NCBI GenBank assembly: GCA_964276515.1
Contig: OZ193909.1
Location: 6,572,001 to 6,636,000 of the forward strand
Length of the DNA: 64,000 bases
Source of the DNA: Gordius albopunctatus
Taxonomy: Eukaryota
Reading direction: 5' to 3'
The translations under genes were made by a program, and so were the position numbers. Below are positions 40,901 through 52,425 of this stretch, piece after piece (position 1 is the stretch's first letter; the number at the start of each line of letters is the position of its first letter). The notes beneath the pieces are model-generated. The model worked only from the letters and a program-made list of their open reading frames with translations, made no database searches and was not told the origin of the DNA.

Positions 40901-41713
40901 GAGTGTAGGACGAATAATGACAGCTAATAGTTGGTGTTGGCATTGACTCATTCATATCATATTTTATGACATTTAGCATTTTTATGGTAGTTTTATATAT
41001 ATCAACTTGCCGAAAACAATCTCGCCGAATTTAATGTCCCACAGAATAATAAATAATATATATATTTGTTAAAATTATAAATCTGCAAATTTATATTAAT
41101 AAAAAACAATTTTAAAAATTAAAATCTCCGTGATTTATGGAAATTTGTGTTCACGCCTCCGTGATTTATGGAAAATTTTGGAAAGGCCCGTCACGCCCAG
41201 TCACGCCTACTAATTTAAAATTTCTTCACATTCACGCCGTGACCCACCGTGACACGGTGGGTCACGCGTAATTTCACGGCCCGTGCCCACCTCTAATTCG
41301 AACCAGCAATTAAGAATTTGCCCCCGCCGGGATTCGAACCCACATCAGTAGAGGCATAAGCCTTTGGAGGGGCACAGGGACCCATATCAGTAGAGGCATA
41401 GGCCTTTGTAGGGGAGGGCATAGGGTAATTAGCAATGTTAACCAATTCAAAAACGAAAAAAAAATTTCGATTTATTTGGCCAATGGTCATTTTTTTCATT
41501 TGTCAGCAGCCAGCGGACGGTCAAAAAGTCATATTATCAATGGTATTAACAAGAAAAAAATATAAATTTAATTTAAAAAATTTTAAAAAAATTTGTCCTC
41601 TCCCGGGATTGAACACGAACCTCCAGGTCGGGAAGCTGGTGTAAATAAATTGGAAGGTAACGGACAACGGACGGACAACAAAAAACGAGCCCATAAATTG
41701 CATAGCAATTAAT
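37958..41713 (-). mobile_element. Second copy of the same HINE family, inverted, carrying further insertions
   Basis: Reverse-complement of the 3' hairpin at about 37961-37980, subTIR at 38050-38065, the same TTGGCCAATGGTCATTTT repeats, GGAC microsatellite and terminal CATAAATTGCATAGCAATTAAT at about 41692-41713. Confidence 0.8.
40345..41294 (-). mobile_element. hAT element with C-terminal dimerisation-domain remnant, one terminus truncated
   Basis: ORF 40563-40979 contains LKFWK..FPFLKKLASKILSAPASSASSERLFS; terminus CGGCCCGTGCCCACCTCTA; flanks ATTCGAA(C) on both sides; CACG subterminal repeats. Confidence 0.8.
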
Positions 41714-43819
41714 ACTAACCTTTCTTGTTTCTTAGTTTCGCACGATGAAAATGCTACCCGAGTATGAAAGAAACTTCTTAAAAACTATGGTAAAAATATT
41801 TTAAAGAAATCCATGTAAGAAAATCCTAGGTCTTCCGACATAGATATTCTTGCATAAGTGGTCCAACTATGATTAATCCAGCTCAGGTGTGCAACACTAA
41901 GCAATTATCTATTTTTTTATTTGGGACGATGATGAAACGGAAAAATTGAAGATTTTCACGAAGTTGATACATCTTAAATAAAATCTAAACCTGAGGATGC
42001 TCAGCTAGGTGTATTTTTATGGTCGAAACACCTACTTATGTTAGTTACCAAACTTACCAAAATAAGCTAGTCAGTTTTTTTCAATTCCAATAGCTACAAG
42101 TGAACTCACATTCAGTAAGGCAAGTCGTCTTATATAACAGAGAAGAACGAAATTATTGCCTGATAGAATATATACTCTTTTAGTTTTAAATGACAATATT
42201 AAATTGTAATTTTTAATTAGAACCGATTTTATATGCTATATTTAAATTATTTCACGAACAATACAAAAACTTTTTTATACAAATAAATTATTTTGAAACA
42301 GCGTAGACTTGTTTTGACTCGTGCGGGTCTGATGCGGCGCAATTTTTGGGGTTTAATTGCGGGCCGGGTCCGGGCCAAAAAATTTATATTTGTACGGGTA
42401 TGAGCCGGGGCTGAACCTAAAATTTCGGCCCATGCAGACCTCTAGACCAAATAACTGATAAAGAAGAAGAAAGCTATAAATGCAATTGTGATTTATTATT
42501 TACATACCCTAAGGGTCACTAATACTTAGTTAAATGAATTAAAATTATCAAAATTTGGATTTTTTGCGAACATTTATAATATTCACTACAGGTTTTTTTA
42601 AATAATAAATATATTTTAATCGTAAATTTAAAAGCTTAAATGTAATTTTTTACAAAAAAATAACTAAAATTTTATGATAAATAAAAAAATCTCGTATTGT
42701 CTTGTCTCGACATCAAAATTCTAGTCTCGATCTCAGATCAGCTTTTTGAAATCTCGAGATCGAGATTTTTCTCGGTTTTTCAGCATTACTATTTAGGGGG
42801 GGGGGAGAGTTGAAGGAAAATCTATAAATTAGAATAGTGTGAAATTATTATTGGTGATTCAAGGAAATTATAAACAACAAAGAAATCAATTTCAAAATTT
42901 TCAAGATCAATCCGTTTGACAGCAATTATTTAGGTTACGCAATCCAAAAATTAGGAACATATATATTAGATACCTGCACGGCCCAGCCCGCAGGTCAAGC
43001 TTGGACTGGCTTCTGGTTTAAAATAATACAACGGGCTGGACTTGAATAGGTCGTAATCTATATCGGGCTTGGGTCGGGCATAGATATATATAAGGCTCGT
43101 TAAAAGCACGTTACAAAATGAACTAAATTTAGTATAAACAAAGGTTTGTTTTACGTTCCAATTTATAATTATTTGATTTTTATTAAATTATATTTCTATC
43201 CTATTTCATTTATTCATCAATATCTAAACGCTCATTATCAGTATTAATTAGAGGTTATTTATACGCGTAATTGGAAGGGGGTAGAAATGGTTTAGGTAAG
43301 GCAAAATGTTTTGTAGGTTAAGAAATTTGGATTTAGGGGGGAGGGCAGCTGCTCATCCTTGCCTCCTTATTTATATCGTCTACCAATATTAGAATGAATT
43401 AATTTAATATAACGTAACATTATATATATATATATATTCATTAAGTATTTTAAGAAGGGCTGAAATTAACGGGCGGCTGACTGACCTAAACAGGCCAGTT
43501 GCAGTCTCTATAAAAAGAATTATTTATATAGGAAAAAAATCGACAGCCTCGAATTATACTCCAGGAGTAATCTGTATTATCTTATTCTAAAATAATAATA
43601 ACAATGATGATCCAAAGAGGAGGGAAGGGGTAGGTATACATCAAACGAAAGCCAAGTGTGGAATCAATTTCTTCGGCCCTTCTTCAATACGATCATTTTT
43701 AATTACTCAACTATAAAATAACTTAAATAGTGGAAAAGAAAGAATTGATGTGAAGCATCAGAAAAAAACTAAAATCAGTCTTTGGATAAAAGATCCACTC
43801 GACTTTGTAGACCTTTTGC

Positions 43820-44253
43820 CATGGGCGTAGCCAGCTTTCGGATCAGGGGGGGGCGAGCAAAAAAAATCGCCGAGACTAAGTGAGAGCAAAAAAAAAAAAA
43901 AAAAAAAAAAAAGGTCGCCAAGACCTTTTTTTGGTATTTAACGTTAGTAATTAAAATATTTTGCTATTCTTTGGCCTCAACCCACATAAAAACTCATTAT
44001 TAATCAACAGTACAGTGTACAGAGGATATGTAAACGATGTATGAAGGAACTAACACAAACGCAACTACTAATCTCAATAATAATTTAAATTTGCGTCAAA
44101 AGTTCGTGAAATAAAATTTTCAACATAAAACTTAATTTCAATCAGGGGGGGGCGAAACACTAATTTTTTCCAATTTTTACATAAATTTACATTAAAAAAT
44201 AGAAAAATTCTCATTCAGGGGGGGGCGGCCGCCCCCCCCTGCCTACGCCCATG
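43820..44253. mobile_element. hAT-type MITE (CATGGGCGTAG family; decayed relatives near 4470-4632, 5657-5814, 22375-22468, 38478-38780)
   Basis: TIR CATGGGCGTAG / CTACGCCCATG; TSD CCTTTTGC at 43812-43819 and 44254-44261. Confidence 0.9.
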
Positions 44254-44692
44254 CCTTTTGCCAAACATGTGCTCCAGTAAAAAAAAACTTCAAGATTACA
44301 TAATTTCAAGCAAGCATTGCACCCATTAAATTCCCAAAAACTTGGTTATCCACTTCATACTCTTAAGTAAAATATTTCTTTGTCATAAAAATTTATTTAG
44401 AAAAAGTTCAATATTTTCGAAACAATAAAGGTAGAGTTGTTAAATAGCTCGCCTGAGCAATGCTAACTATGTGCTTTGCTTGAGCACGCACACTGAGCTA
44501 TTTAATATAATATGCTAGTTTAGCACAATGAGTGCTCACTGTTCGGTACAATAGTTTTAACAGTAGTATGTGAAATTGCTCGAGAGGTTAGTCAAAGCAG
44601 CAAAATCTGTTAAAGCATTGAGCAGATAAGAGATTTAATTGCTATTCGCTATAATTTAGTAACTTACAATATTTGCTCATATTAGTATTACA

Positions 44693-44920
44693 TATCAAAA
44701 ATAAATTAAGAAATTTCCCCTCTCTCCCTTTTTTTGTCCCATTGGTCCCGCCCCCCCCCTTATTTTTTGCTCTCTTTCTACCCCCCCCCCCCTATTTTTA
44801 CCCTCTTTCTCACGCGGGGGGGGGGAGGGTATAAATTAACCCCTCAGCCTAAAATAAGGGGAGGGGGACCCACGGGACAAAAAAAGGAAGGGGGTCAAAG
44901 TTCTTAATTTATTTTTGATA
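44693..44920. mobile_element. Palindromic MITE with C- and G-tract arms
   Basis: ATATCAAAAATAAATTAAGAA...TTCTTAATTTATTTTTGATAT; a related left arm lies at about 20700-20770. Confidence 0.7.
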
Positions 44921-45233
44921 TATTATATGAGTTTAAATTTGAGAGGCATAAAGAGGACCATCTGCATGTATTTAAGATCTTAAGGATGTGATAATTAAGA
45001 AACCAGAATTCCCAATATATATAGTTCCCCCCCCCATCTTAATATTGATTGTTTGCATTAATTCGAAGTTATAAGATTTAATTCTTAATAAACTATTATT
45101 TATAAGTCTAAAATATTTTCATAGCAACCACAAAAGGTTAACAGATTTTGGCAGCAACCAAAATACAACTTCTAAAAGCAATACTATAAATTTATTACAC
45201 AGTATATTTATATACAACAAGTGTATTAAATTG

Positions 45234-46422
45234 TCATCTTCTTCCACCACGGCCTCGGGAAAAGCCTCCCCCTCTGCTACCTCTAAAACCACCACCACCT
45301 CGACCTCCTCGAAAACCACCTCTGCCACCACGTCCACCTTTCAAACAATATATGGAAATAAATACATTAATAATTTAAAACATTCTTTATTGTTAAGGTT
45401 AAAAAAATTAGCAACTTTAAAAAGATTTGCCAAAAACTAGAGCCACATATTTCTACAGTAAAAAATCCTAGTAAAATTGGACACTTATATAAACAATAAA
45501 CCATGATGCACAGCACACTATACTTCAATGACCTAAACAATAAAATTGATCATACTTGGATCCACAAATATGCTAACTTATTTTAATTTACCTTTTTTTA
45601 CATCAACATAAAATTCAGTAACAAGAGATTTTTTACACAATTTAGTATGTAACCATAATAGATTAATTATACTAAATTTTTATTAATATCCCAAATAAAT
45701 TATTATAGCTTGGTAGTAAAGGCATTGTGTCCCATCAAATATATTTAGATGAATATTTAAAATTTCAAAAAATAGATTAGACAAAGTTTAATAAGACTGA
45801 TAAAATTATAACATATGTCAAAGCTTAAGGTTATGTAAAAACGATTTGACTAATGTTATATAAATTTAGTAATGCAAATAATTTTATTACCTCCACGACC
45901 CCTACCACCACCTCTGGGGGTAGAGCCAGGAGTTCCTGGGGGTTTAGGTAAAAAACGTTCAAGTGGTAATAATTTGGCAGGATCTATATATAGCTATAAT
46001 GGTTATATTTAAGATTAAATAATTATATAAAAACCTTTTGATTTGGAGCAATTGAAGATGCTTTTACTTCTTCTTTTGGTTTAACTGAGAAAAACTAATG
46101 TTAATTTATATAATGAATAAATAATAATTACAAAATCCTGTATAGGGCCAAAAATTTCATCCACTTTCCCTATCATAACTTTGTTTTCTAAAAATATTCC
46201 GGCGTTAAAATATGGAATCTTGTTAATCAAAGACTTGCACACTAAATACTCTTCACAAGGAAATTCAAATTTACAACATTCTTAATTAAATTATTTGTAA
46301 AAATGGTCAATTATTTTACCGACAACACGGTCTGGAATCTCATTAAATTGTTGCCTATCACTAAACCTATTGTTGCCTCCACGGCCTCTTGGAAATCCAC
46401 CTCTATTAAAATTTCCTCGCAT
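45234..46422 (-). CDS. GAR1: H/ACA snoRNP subunit GAR1, 5 coding exons: 46422-46320, 46280-46132, 46094-46035, 45993-45891, 45337-45234 (172 aa)
   Basis: RGG-rich termini flank the core PCEEYLVCK...[29 protein letters not shown]...[15 protein letters not shown]. All introns are GT-AG and in phase. Confidence 0.95.
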
Positions 46423-47678
46423 GCCGCTATGGAATTGTAACTATTTGTTATGCATATTTTATGGTACCAGTAATTTTCCATTTTATTATAAATTATGTAC
46501 TAACCTTAATTATGCTTAAAAAATATCTAATCAGATTCTTCTATGGAACGTATAGTCATAAAAAAGAGCTTAATCTTAGGCAATGTTGTCTAATATAAAA
46601 AAAGGATTCTATATTGGTAATAAATGGTAACTGTGCTTGTATGCATTAAATTATTGAGTTGACACATACTATGGATCGAGACTGTGATAAAAATTACCAT
46701 TTTAATCCTTTGCTTATAATTATGGACCTGAGTAATTAGGGTCATGGATTTGTTTGAACCCAAACGTAGGTCCCGACCAAAACTAAAGCAAAGATTATGT
46801 TGTTAATATATTTTTATTTTTATTATTTGGCAAATATGTTCTGAGTTATCAAAACTTTAATATACTGCGGTGTAATAACATTATTAATATAATAAATAAT
46901 TATTTCGCACGTGATGTGGCGAAGAGAAAAATCACAATGGACAATCCCAGTAGCGTAGGGAGGGGGGGGTGGTTAAAAAATTAAATTTTTTAAAAATATT
47001 TTAATACAATTAATAGTACTAAATGATAGTAATAGTAGTCTTGATAGTGTTGCGCATATAGATTTATAGATTATCTTAATTAATTAGAGATTTAATTTGA
47101 GATAAAATCTAACACTATTTATACAAAAATTTTGTGTCCCGAATGGAAGAAATAGAATTCTTAATTATTTCTCTAATATTATTTCAACATAAACAAAGAA
47201 GATGCTAATAAAGCCAAATTTTAGTTACAAAGGTAATTAATAATTTTATTTTATGAGTTTGTAGTATTGCATAGAGTGCCTTAATTGATTTGAAACTTAA
47301 TTGACTCATTTACATGACCTTAGCTTCGCGACGTTAATTGACTCATTTACATTACCTTACTACTTCGCGATGCTAATTGACCAATCAAATATACCTCGCG
47401 GATTCACCACTAAATGTGATTTATTTATTCAATTAATTCGCGATTATATAGAGGAGTTTAAAACACTTCTTGAAAAATTTAAGAATTCTTTTCGTTTCCC
47501 TTTTTTTATTAGTATTAAATAAAGTAAATTCTTACTTTAAATTGGTGACCCCGTTTTGGGGAGCCATAATTTTTTTTTAACCTCCCCCTGAATACGCCTG
47601 TAAACAACAACAACGTCTGCCGAACGCCAAACTACTATTCTGCGCATGGCCCATCACAAAAACGATAACCCCACATGA

Positions 47679-48637
47679 ATATTTAATGACAGCGTAATAG
47701 ATTACATTTTAAATCATGAGTTTTGTAGAAGTTTTTATGCTTCAACTAATAGTAGACCTTCCAAATTTTTGAACCTTAATAAGACATTATGTGAATTCAT
47801 AGTCTTGTCATATGCATTAATTTTCACATTATAAGCTGGGTTTGCAGGTGCTTTCAAATTTACTATAATTTCTACAATTGTGCAGTATAAAATAAATACA
47901 CGAACCTATACTTTATTCGATAAGTAACTATTTAATGGCAATTTTAGTTAGAATTGGAAGGTAATTATTTGGAATATAAATTTGATTATAATGATTTTTG
48001 CCAAATTTAAATACGTGCGCTTTAATTAAAAGTTGAAAACCTTTAGTTCTTAATACTATATAATGCTGATTTTAGTTGTTTTTACAACGTCTTAAAATTT
48101 GCAATTATTTATCAATTCTTTAAATAATAATATCATTATAAGTCACTCGCACTTTGTGGTTTATAACGCTATAGTAAACATGCAATGAACACTATGGGCT
48201 ATAATTAATGATGGTAATATCAATTGACTATAACGTTTACTTTAAATATGTTAAGGTCTACTTTGAACTTTTAGCCAGGGTTAATAAAGGGTCTCAATTT
48301 GCTCAATTGTGCAACTAAGTTAGCTATAAGCGAACTTATAACTTTCTCAGTCTATTTAGATTTGACAAACAGAGAGAATTTGATAAAAATGTTATAATTA
48401 GCTAGAACATTAAAATTTAATTTTTTATACTTCAAATTTATTTATCGTTTTTTTAGTCTGCACTTTCCATAGGAAATGTTATCTGTATGAATTAATTCAT
48501 ATCTTCATATTGTCAATCAGATGCAATCTTTAAAAAGTTCGTGTATTAGAGTTTTTCAAAAAATGTAAAAGTTTGCCATTTGGATTTTTTAACACTTATT
48601 TAATGATTTTAAACAGGAAAAATTTTTATTCCATACA
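47679..48637 (-). mobile_element. Older, inverted internal portion of the CGAGA hAT family
   Basis: Reverse-complement similarity to about 55280-56315, e.g. TTTTAGTCTGCACTTTCC at 48452 vs GGAAAGTGCAGACTAAAA at 55466. Confidence 0.8.
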
Positions 48638-51600
48638 TCTTCTTCTTCTTCTTTGTCAGTTATTTGGTCCCACATTGGTGGGGTTTGTTTTGATAAGTTT
48701 CTTCCATCTTGACCGGGTGAGTGCCATGTCTTGACTAATCTCTTTAGTTTCCATAACTTTATCGACTTGCCCTTTCCACGTGACACGGGGTCGTCCTCTT
48801 CCTCTCTTCCCCGGTACCTCCATGTCCAGTACTTTTCTATTTACGTCATCCGTATCCCTCCTTAGTATATGACCATACCACCTTAGCCGATTTTCGTTAA
48901 TCATGTCCGCCATAAATTGAATAACCATTTTTGTCATGAAAAAGTCATTCGTCATATGGTCGAGCTTAGTATACCCTAAGCTCCACCGTATCATTCTCAT
49001 CTCTGTGGTTTGTAATAGCTTTAATTCCATGGTGCTTAATGCCCATGTTTCAATTCCATAGAGTAACACCGGTCTTACGATGGATTTGTAAGCTTTGCTC
49101 TTCAACCATATTGACATTTTCTTGTCACACAAAACACCGGATATACTTCGCCATTTAAGTCATCCTTTTTAGATCCGGGCATTGACTTCTGTTGTGCAAC
49201 CTCCCTCTTGATGTAGCATCCAGCCGAGGTATGTGAACCTGTCTACTTTTGGGTACTTTAGATGGTCATCCAGCGATGGGGTGCCTGTACCGTTCATTTC
49301 CATGTATACCGTTTTTCTATCGTTGACCTTTAAACCATATCCAGCGAAGCGCTTTGACCATTTTTCGGCTACTTCGAATACTTTCTCTCTTGTTTCCTCG
49401 CATAGTACTATATCATCGGCATATAGGATACACCATGGCGAAAGCTTTTGAACGTCCCTCGTTATCGTGTCTATAATTATATTAAATAAAAAGGGACTTA
49501 AAGCAAAGCCTTGATGTAATCCAATATTAACCCGAGAAGGTTTAGAGTCTCCAACTGTCTTCCTAACGCCAGAGTTTGAAGCTTCATAAATATTTTTCAT
49601 AAATCGTATATATGCGTCAGGGATATTTTGTTTCCTCAGTCACCACCATATTAAGTCGCGGGGGACCGTGTCATAAGCTTTCTCCAAGTCGATAAAAACC
49701 ATATGTAGGTCTTTCCTTTTTTTACCATACTTATCCATCATTTGTCTCAGGGCGAAGATTGGGTCGATTGTGGATATGCCGGCCACGAATCCGAATTGAT
49801 TAGCCGATATTTCCATCTCGCTTTTCAGCCTTGTTACTAAGATCCTTTCCAAAAGCTTCAAAGAGTGGCAAGTTAGCTTGATATCTCTGTAATTGCGCAG
49901 TCCTGAGGGTCTCCTTTGCCTTTAAATAATGGTATAATCGTGCTTGCTCTCCATTGATTAGGGATTCGCTCTTCTACCAATATCTTTTTAAGGAGGTTCG
50001 TCATGGGGGTGACTCCTTCTTCACGACATCCGAGCAATGCTTCCATAGGTATTCCATCTGGACCATTTGCTTTTCCTTTTTGCATCTTGTTCATTAGTGT
50101 TCTAACTTCATCCTCCTGAAAGAGTTCGACCATATTTATATTTGGCTCAATTTCGGGAAGGGAATCCTTGTCGTTTGCAATATTCATAATTTTCTTAAAA
50201 TATCCTTTCCACCTTTCCATGGCTTCTTTCGGATTGAATAAGGTTTGACCCTTCTCGCTTTTGACTTTCTTAAGAACTCCGACATCGCGACTTTTCTTCT
50301 CCCTTATCTTGGCCAATTTGTGCATAACCCTATCGCCCCTTTTATGATCCAGTTTGTTTGCCATCTCGGTGTACGCGGCATTCTTCGCTTTTGCAACGGC
50401 CTTTTTTGCGGCCCTCTTTGCGTACCTGTACTCTTGATAATCCTCCGACTTTTTTTGATTTATGCCACCGTCTATATAGATTTTTCTTTCTTTCGATGAA
50501 ATCTTTAACCGATTGATCCCACCACCATAGTTCCCTATTCATAGCTTTGCCTCCTTTGGTCTGTCCTAGAACACGAATCGCTGTTTCCTTAATGTCCTTA
50601 GATAGCGTCTCCCAATCTTCGTCTACGTCCCTTTGCAACTTCCTTGCACCCAAGAGTGAGCAGGCTTTTTGATGGTATTCTTTGTTCGTCTACGTATCCT
50701 TTAACCTTTCGTATCGAATTCGAGAGTTTGATTTCCATTTTGTACGTTATTAGGTGATTTACATTCTATTTGAAGAAGGTATTTGTGAGGCCAAATCAAA
50801 TGCTACGGCTATTTTCAATATTTCGTCGCCTTCATCGTTTCTCGCTCCGTATCCATTTTCACCATGGTACCGTTCAAATCCTTCTCTTTTTTTGCCTACG
50901 TGACCATTCATATCCGCTCCAATTATAACCATCTAAGCTCTGGGTATCATTCGCAGCGTTTCGTCTAATTCTTCCAGAAAGTCCTCTTTTTCTTCATCTG
51001 TGCATCCTGTTTGCGGAGCATATCCGGAAACTACATTAATCATTTGACCTTCTATACATAGTTTCAACATTATGAGTCGCCTACTTTTTATTTGTACCTC
51101 AATGACTTTATCTTGCAGATGGGAAGCTAATATGATTGCCACACCATTTTTATTCGTTTCTCTGCCATTGAAGTAAAGTTTATAGACTTCACTTATTATC
51201 CTTGCTTTTGCGCCTTTCCATCTTGTTTCCTGTATACACGCTATATCGACCCGTCGCTTGCTGAGGGTGTCAGCAACTTCTCGGCATTTTGCAGTTACCG
51301 TTCCAACATTTAGCGAGCCCACTCTCAATCTCGTCCTTAGCAAACTAGTTTCTTTAACTAAATCCATTTGCGAAAGATGTAGTGACCCTCGTTGACTTTT
51401 CACATGATACGGGCGCCTACCATGCGCGTCGTTTACGGAGGACGCCCTAGCGCTTTCATTACTTTCATTATTACGAACTTTCATAGTATACATTTTGTTT
51501 TATATGGAATGAGGGAGTATTGATATCCCGGCCTTCCAAGCCTGACGGAACTATGTTAGATTTTGGCGCTTGAATACCTACTATTCTTTATGATGCCGTC

Positions 51601-51845
51601 ATTTTGGTGAAAATTAACTTTTCTTTAGACCACTCGTATTGATAGGCTTAATCTAGCACTTCTATTTCACTAGTACTCCCTCAAAAAGCCCAGAAATCTT
51701 AGTCTGACCCTTCACCAAGAACCTTGCCAATAGGGTGACCCCACCAGTAACAAACACAAAAATTGTGTTTGGCTACCAAAGGTATAGCTTCTTGGATCAC
51801 GAGAGTACACAAGCTCAACCACCACTACAAGGTATTTCTGGCTCG
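48638..51845 (-). mobile_element. Near full-length RTE-clade LINE, frameshifted
   Basis: Structured 5' UTR, APE start (RVGSLNVGT, ACIQETRW, GYAPQTG), RT ([26 protein letters not shown]), C-terminus (LLYGIETW, RLRWYGH) and (GAA)n tail at 48638-48652. Confidence 0.95.
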
Positions 51846-52425
51846 GTTGAGAAGAACTTTGCCCCTATAATGTATTGTAAATTTGGCATATTTGCAAAAA
51901 TCTAGTGAGTTATAATGCACCCGTTCCCTTTTAATGTGTAATATAATGCAATTGCAAAAACGAATTTGCAAGGGTATACCATAGTTTAAGCATAACAAAT
52001 TCCTGGCAGACTCACCTAATCTATCAAGGTCGTTTTGAATAGCTTAAGATGCTTTCGAAAAATTCGTTCGGCTGTACACATGTCGCTAAAGGGCTTATAA
52101 AATCTTATGAAATCGTAGTCAAAATTACTTTAAACCCGCTGACTACTCATTATATCCCCACATTACCCCTTTTTAGCAATCGAGAAAAACGCTATGTGCC
52201 ACCTTGGATCGCTTATAGGCGATAGAGTTGGATTCGCAACTTATTTGGAGAGAAATCTCTCTATTTTAAACTCAAAATTAGATCTCTTAAAGTGTTTGCC
52301 TTCACACCAAGCTTTTTACATGATGAAAAACTATTTTAATATTTCAAAAATTCAGCACTGTTTTCCCTCTTCAAGTGCTTTTTTTACACTCGGAAATGTT
52401 AAACCTCTTCGAACAGAATATTAAA

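Larger units (their letters stand above)
37481..42444 (+). mobile_element. hAT element with degenerate transposase remnants
   Basis: TIR TAGAGGTCTGCATGGGCCG / CGGCCCATGCAGACCTCTA; 8-bp TSD GACCAAAT at 37473-37480 and 42445-42452; decayed hAT C-terminal-like coding (IPIATSELTFS) near 42085-42120. Confidence 0.9.
36055..42469. mobile_element. Chimeric, 5'-inverted RTE insertion: inverted piece 36055-36381 (-), RT-3' piece 36382-37480 plus 42453-42469 (+), interrupted by a hAT
   Basis: 15-bp TSD AAAGCTATAAATGCA at 36040-36054 and 42470-42484; GAA tail at 42461-42470; the RT part closely matches the 48638-49815 copy. Confidence 0.85.

Noticed and set aside
45119..45440. ORFs 45119-45337 (-) and 45231-45440 (+)
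   Set aside because: Alternative-frame and antisense shadows of the GAR1 RGG exon.
45338..45890. snoRNA in GAR1 intron 4
   Set aside because: No convincing C/D boxes or H/ACA hairpin pair seen by eye; a covariance search would be needed.
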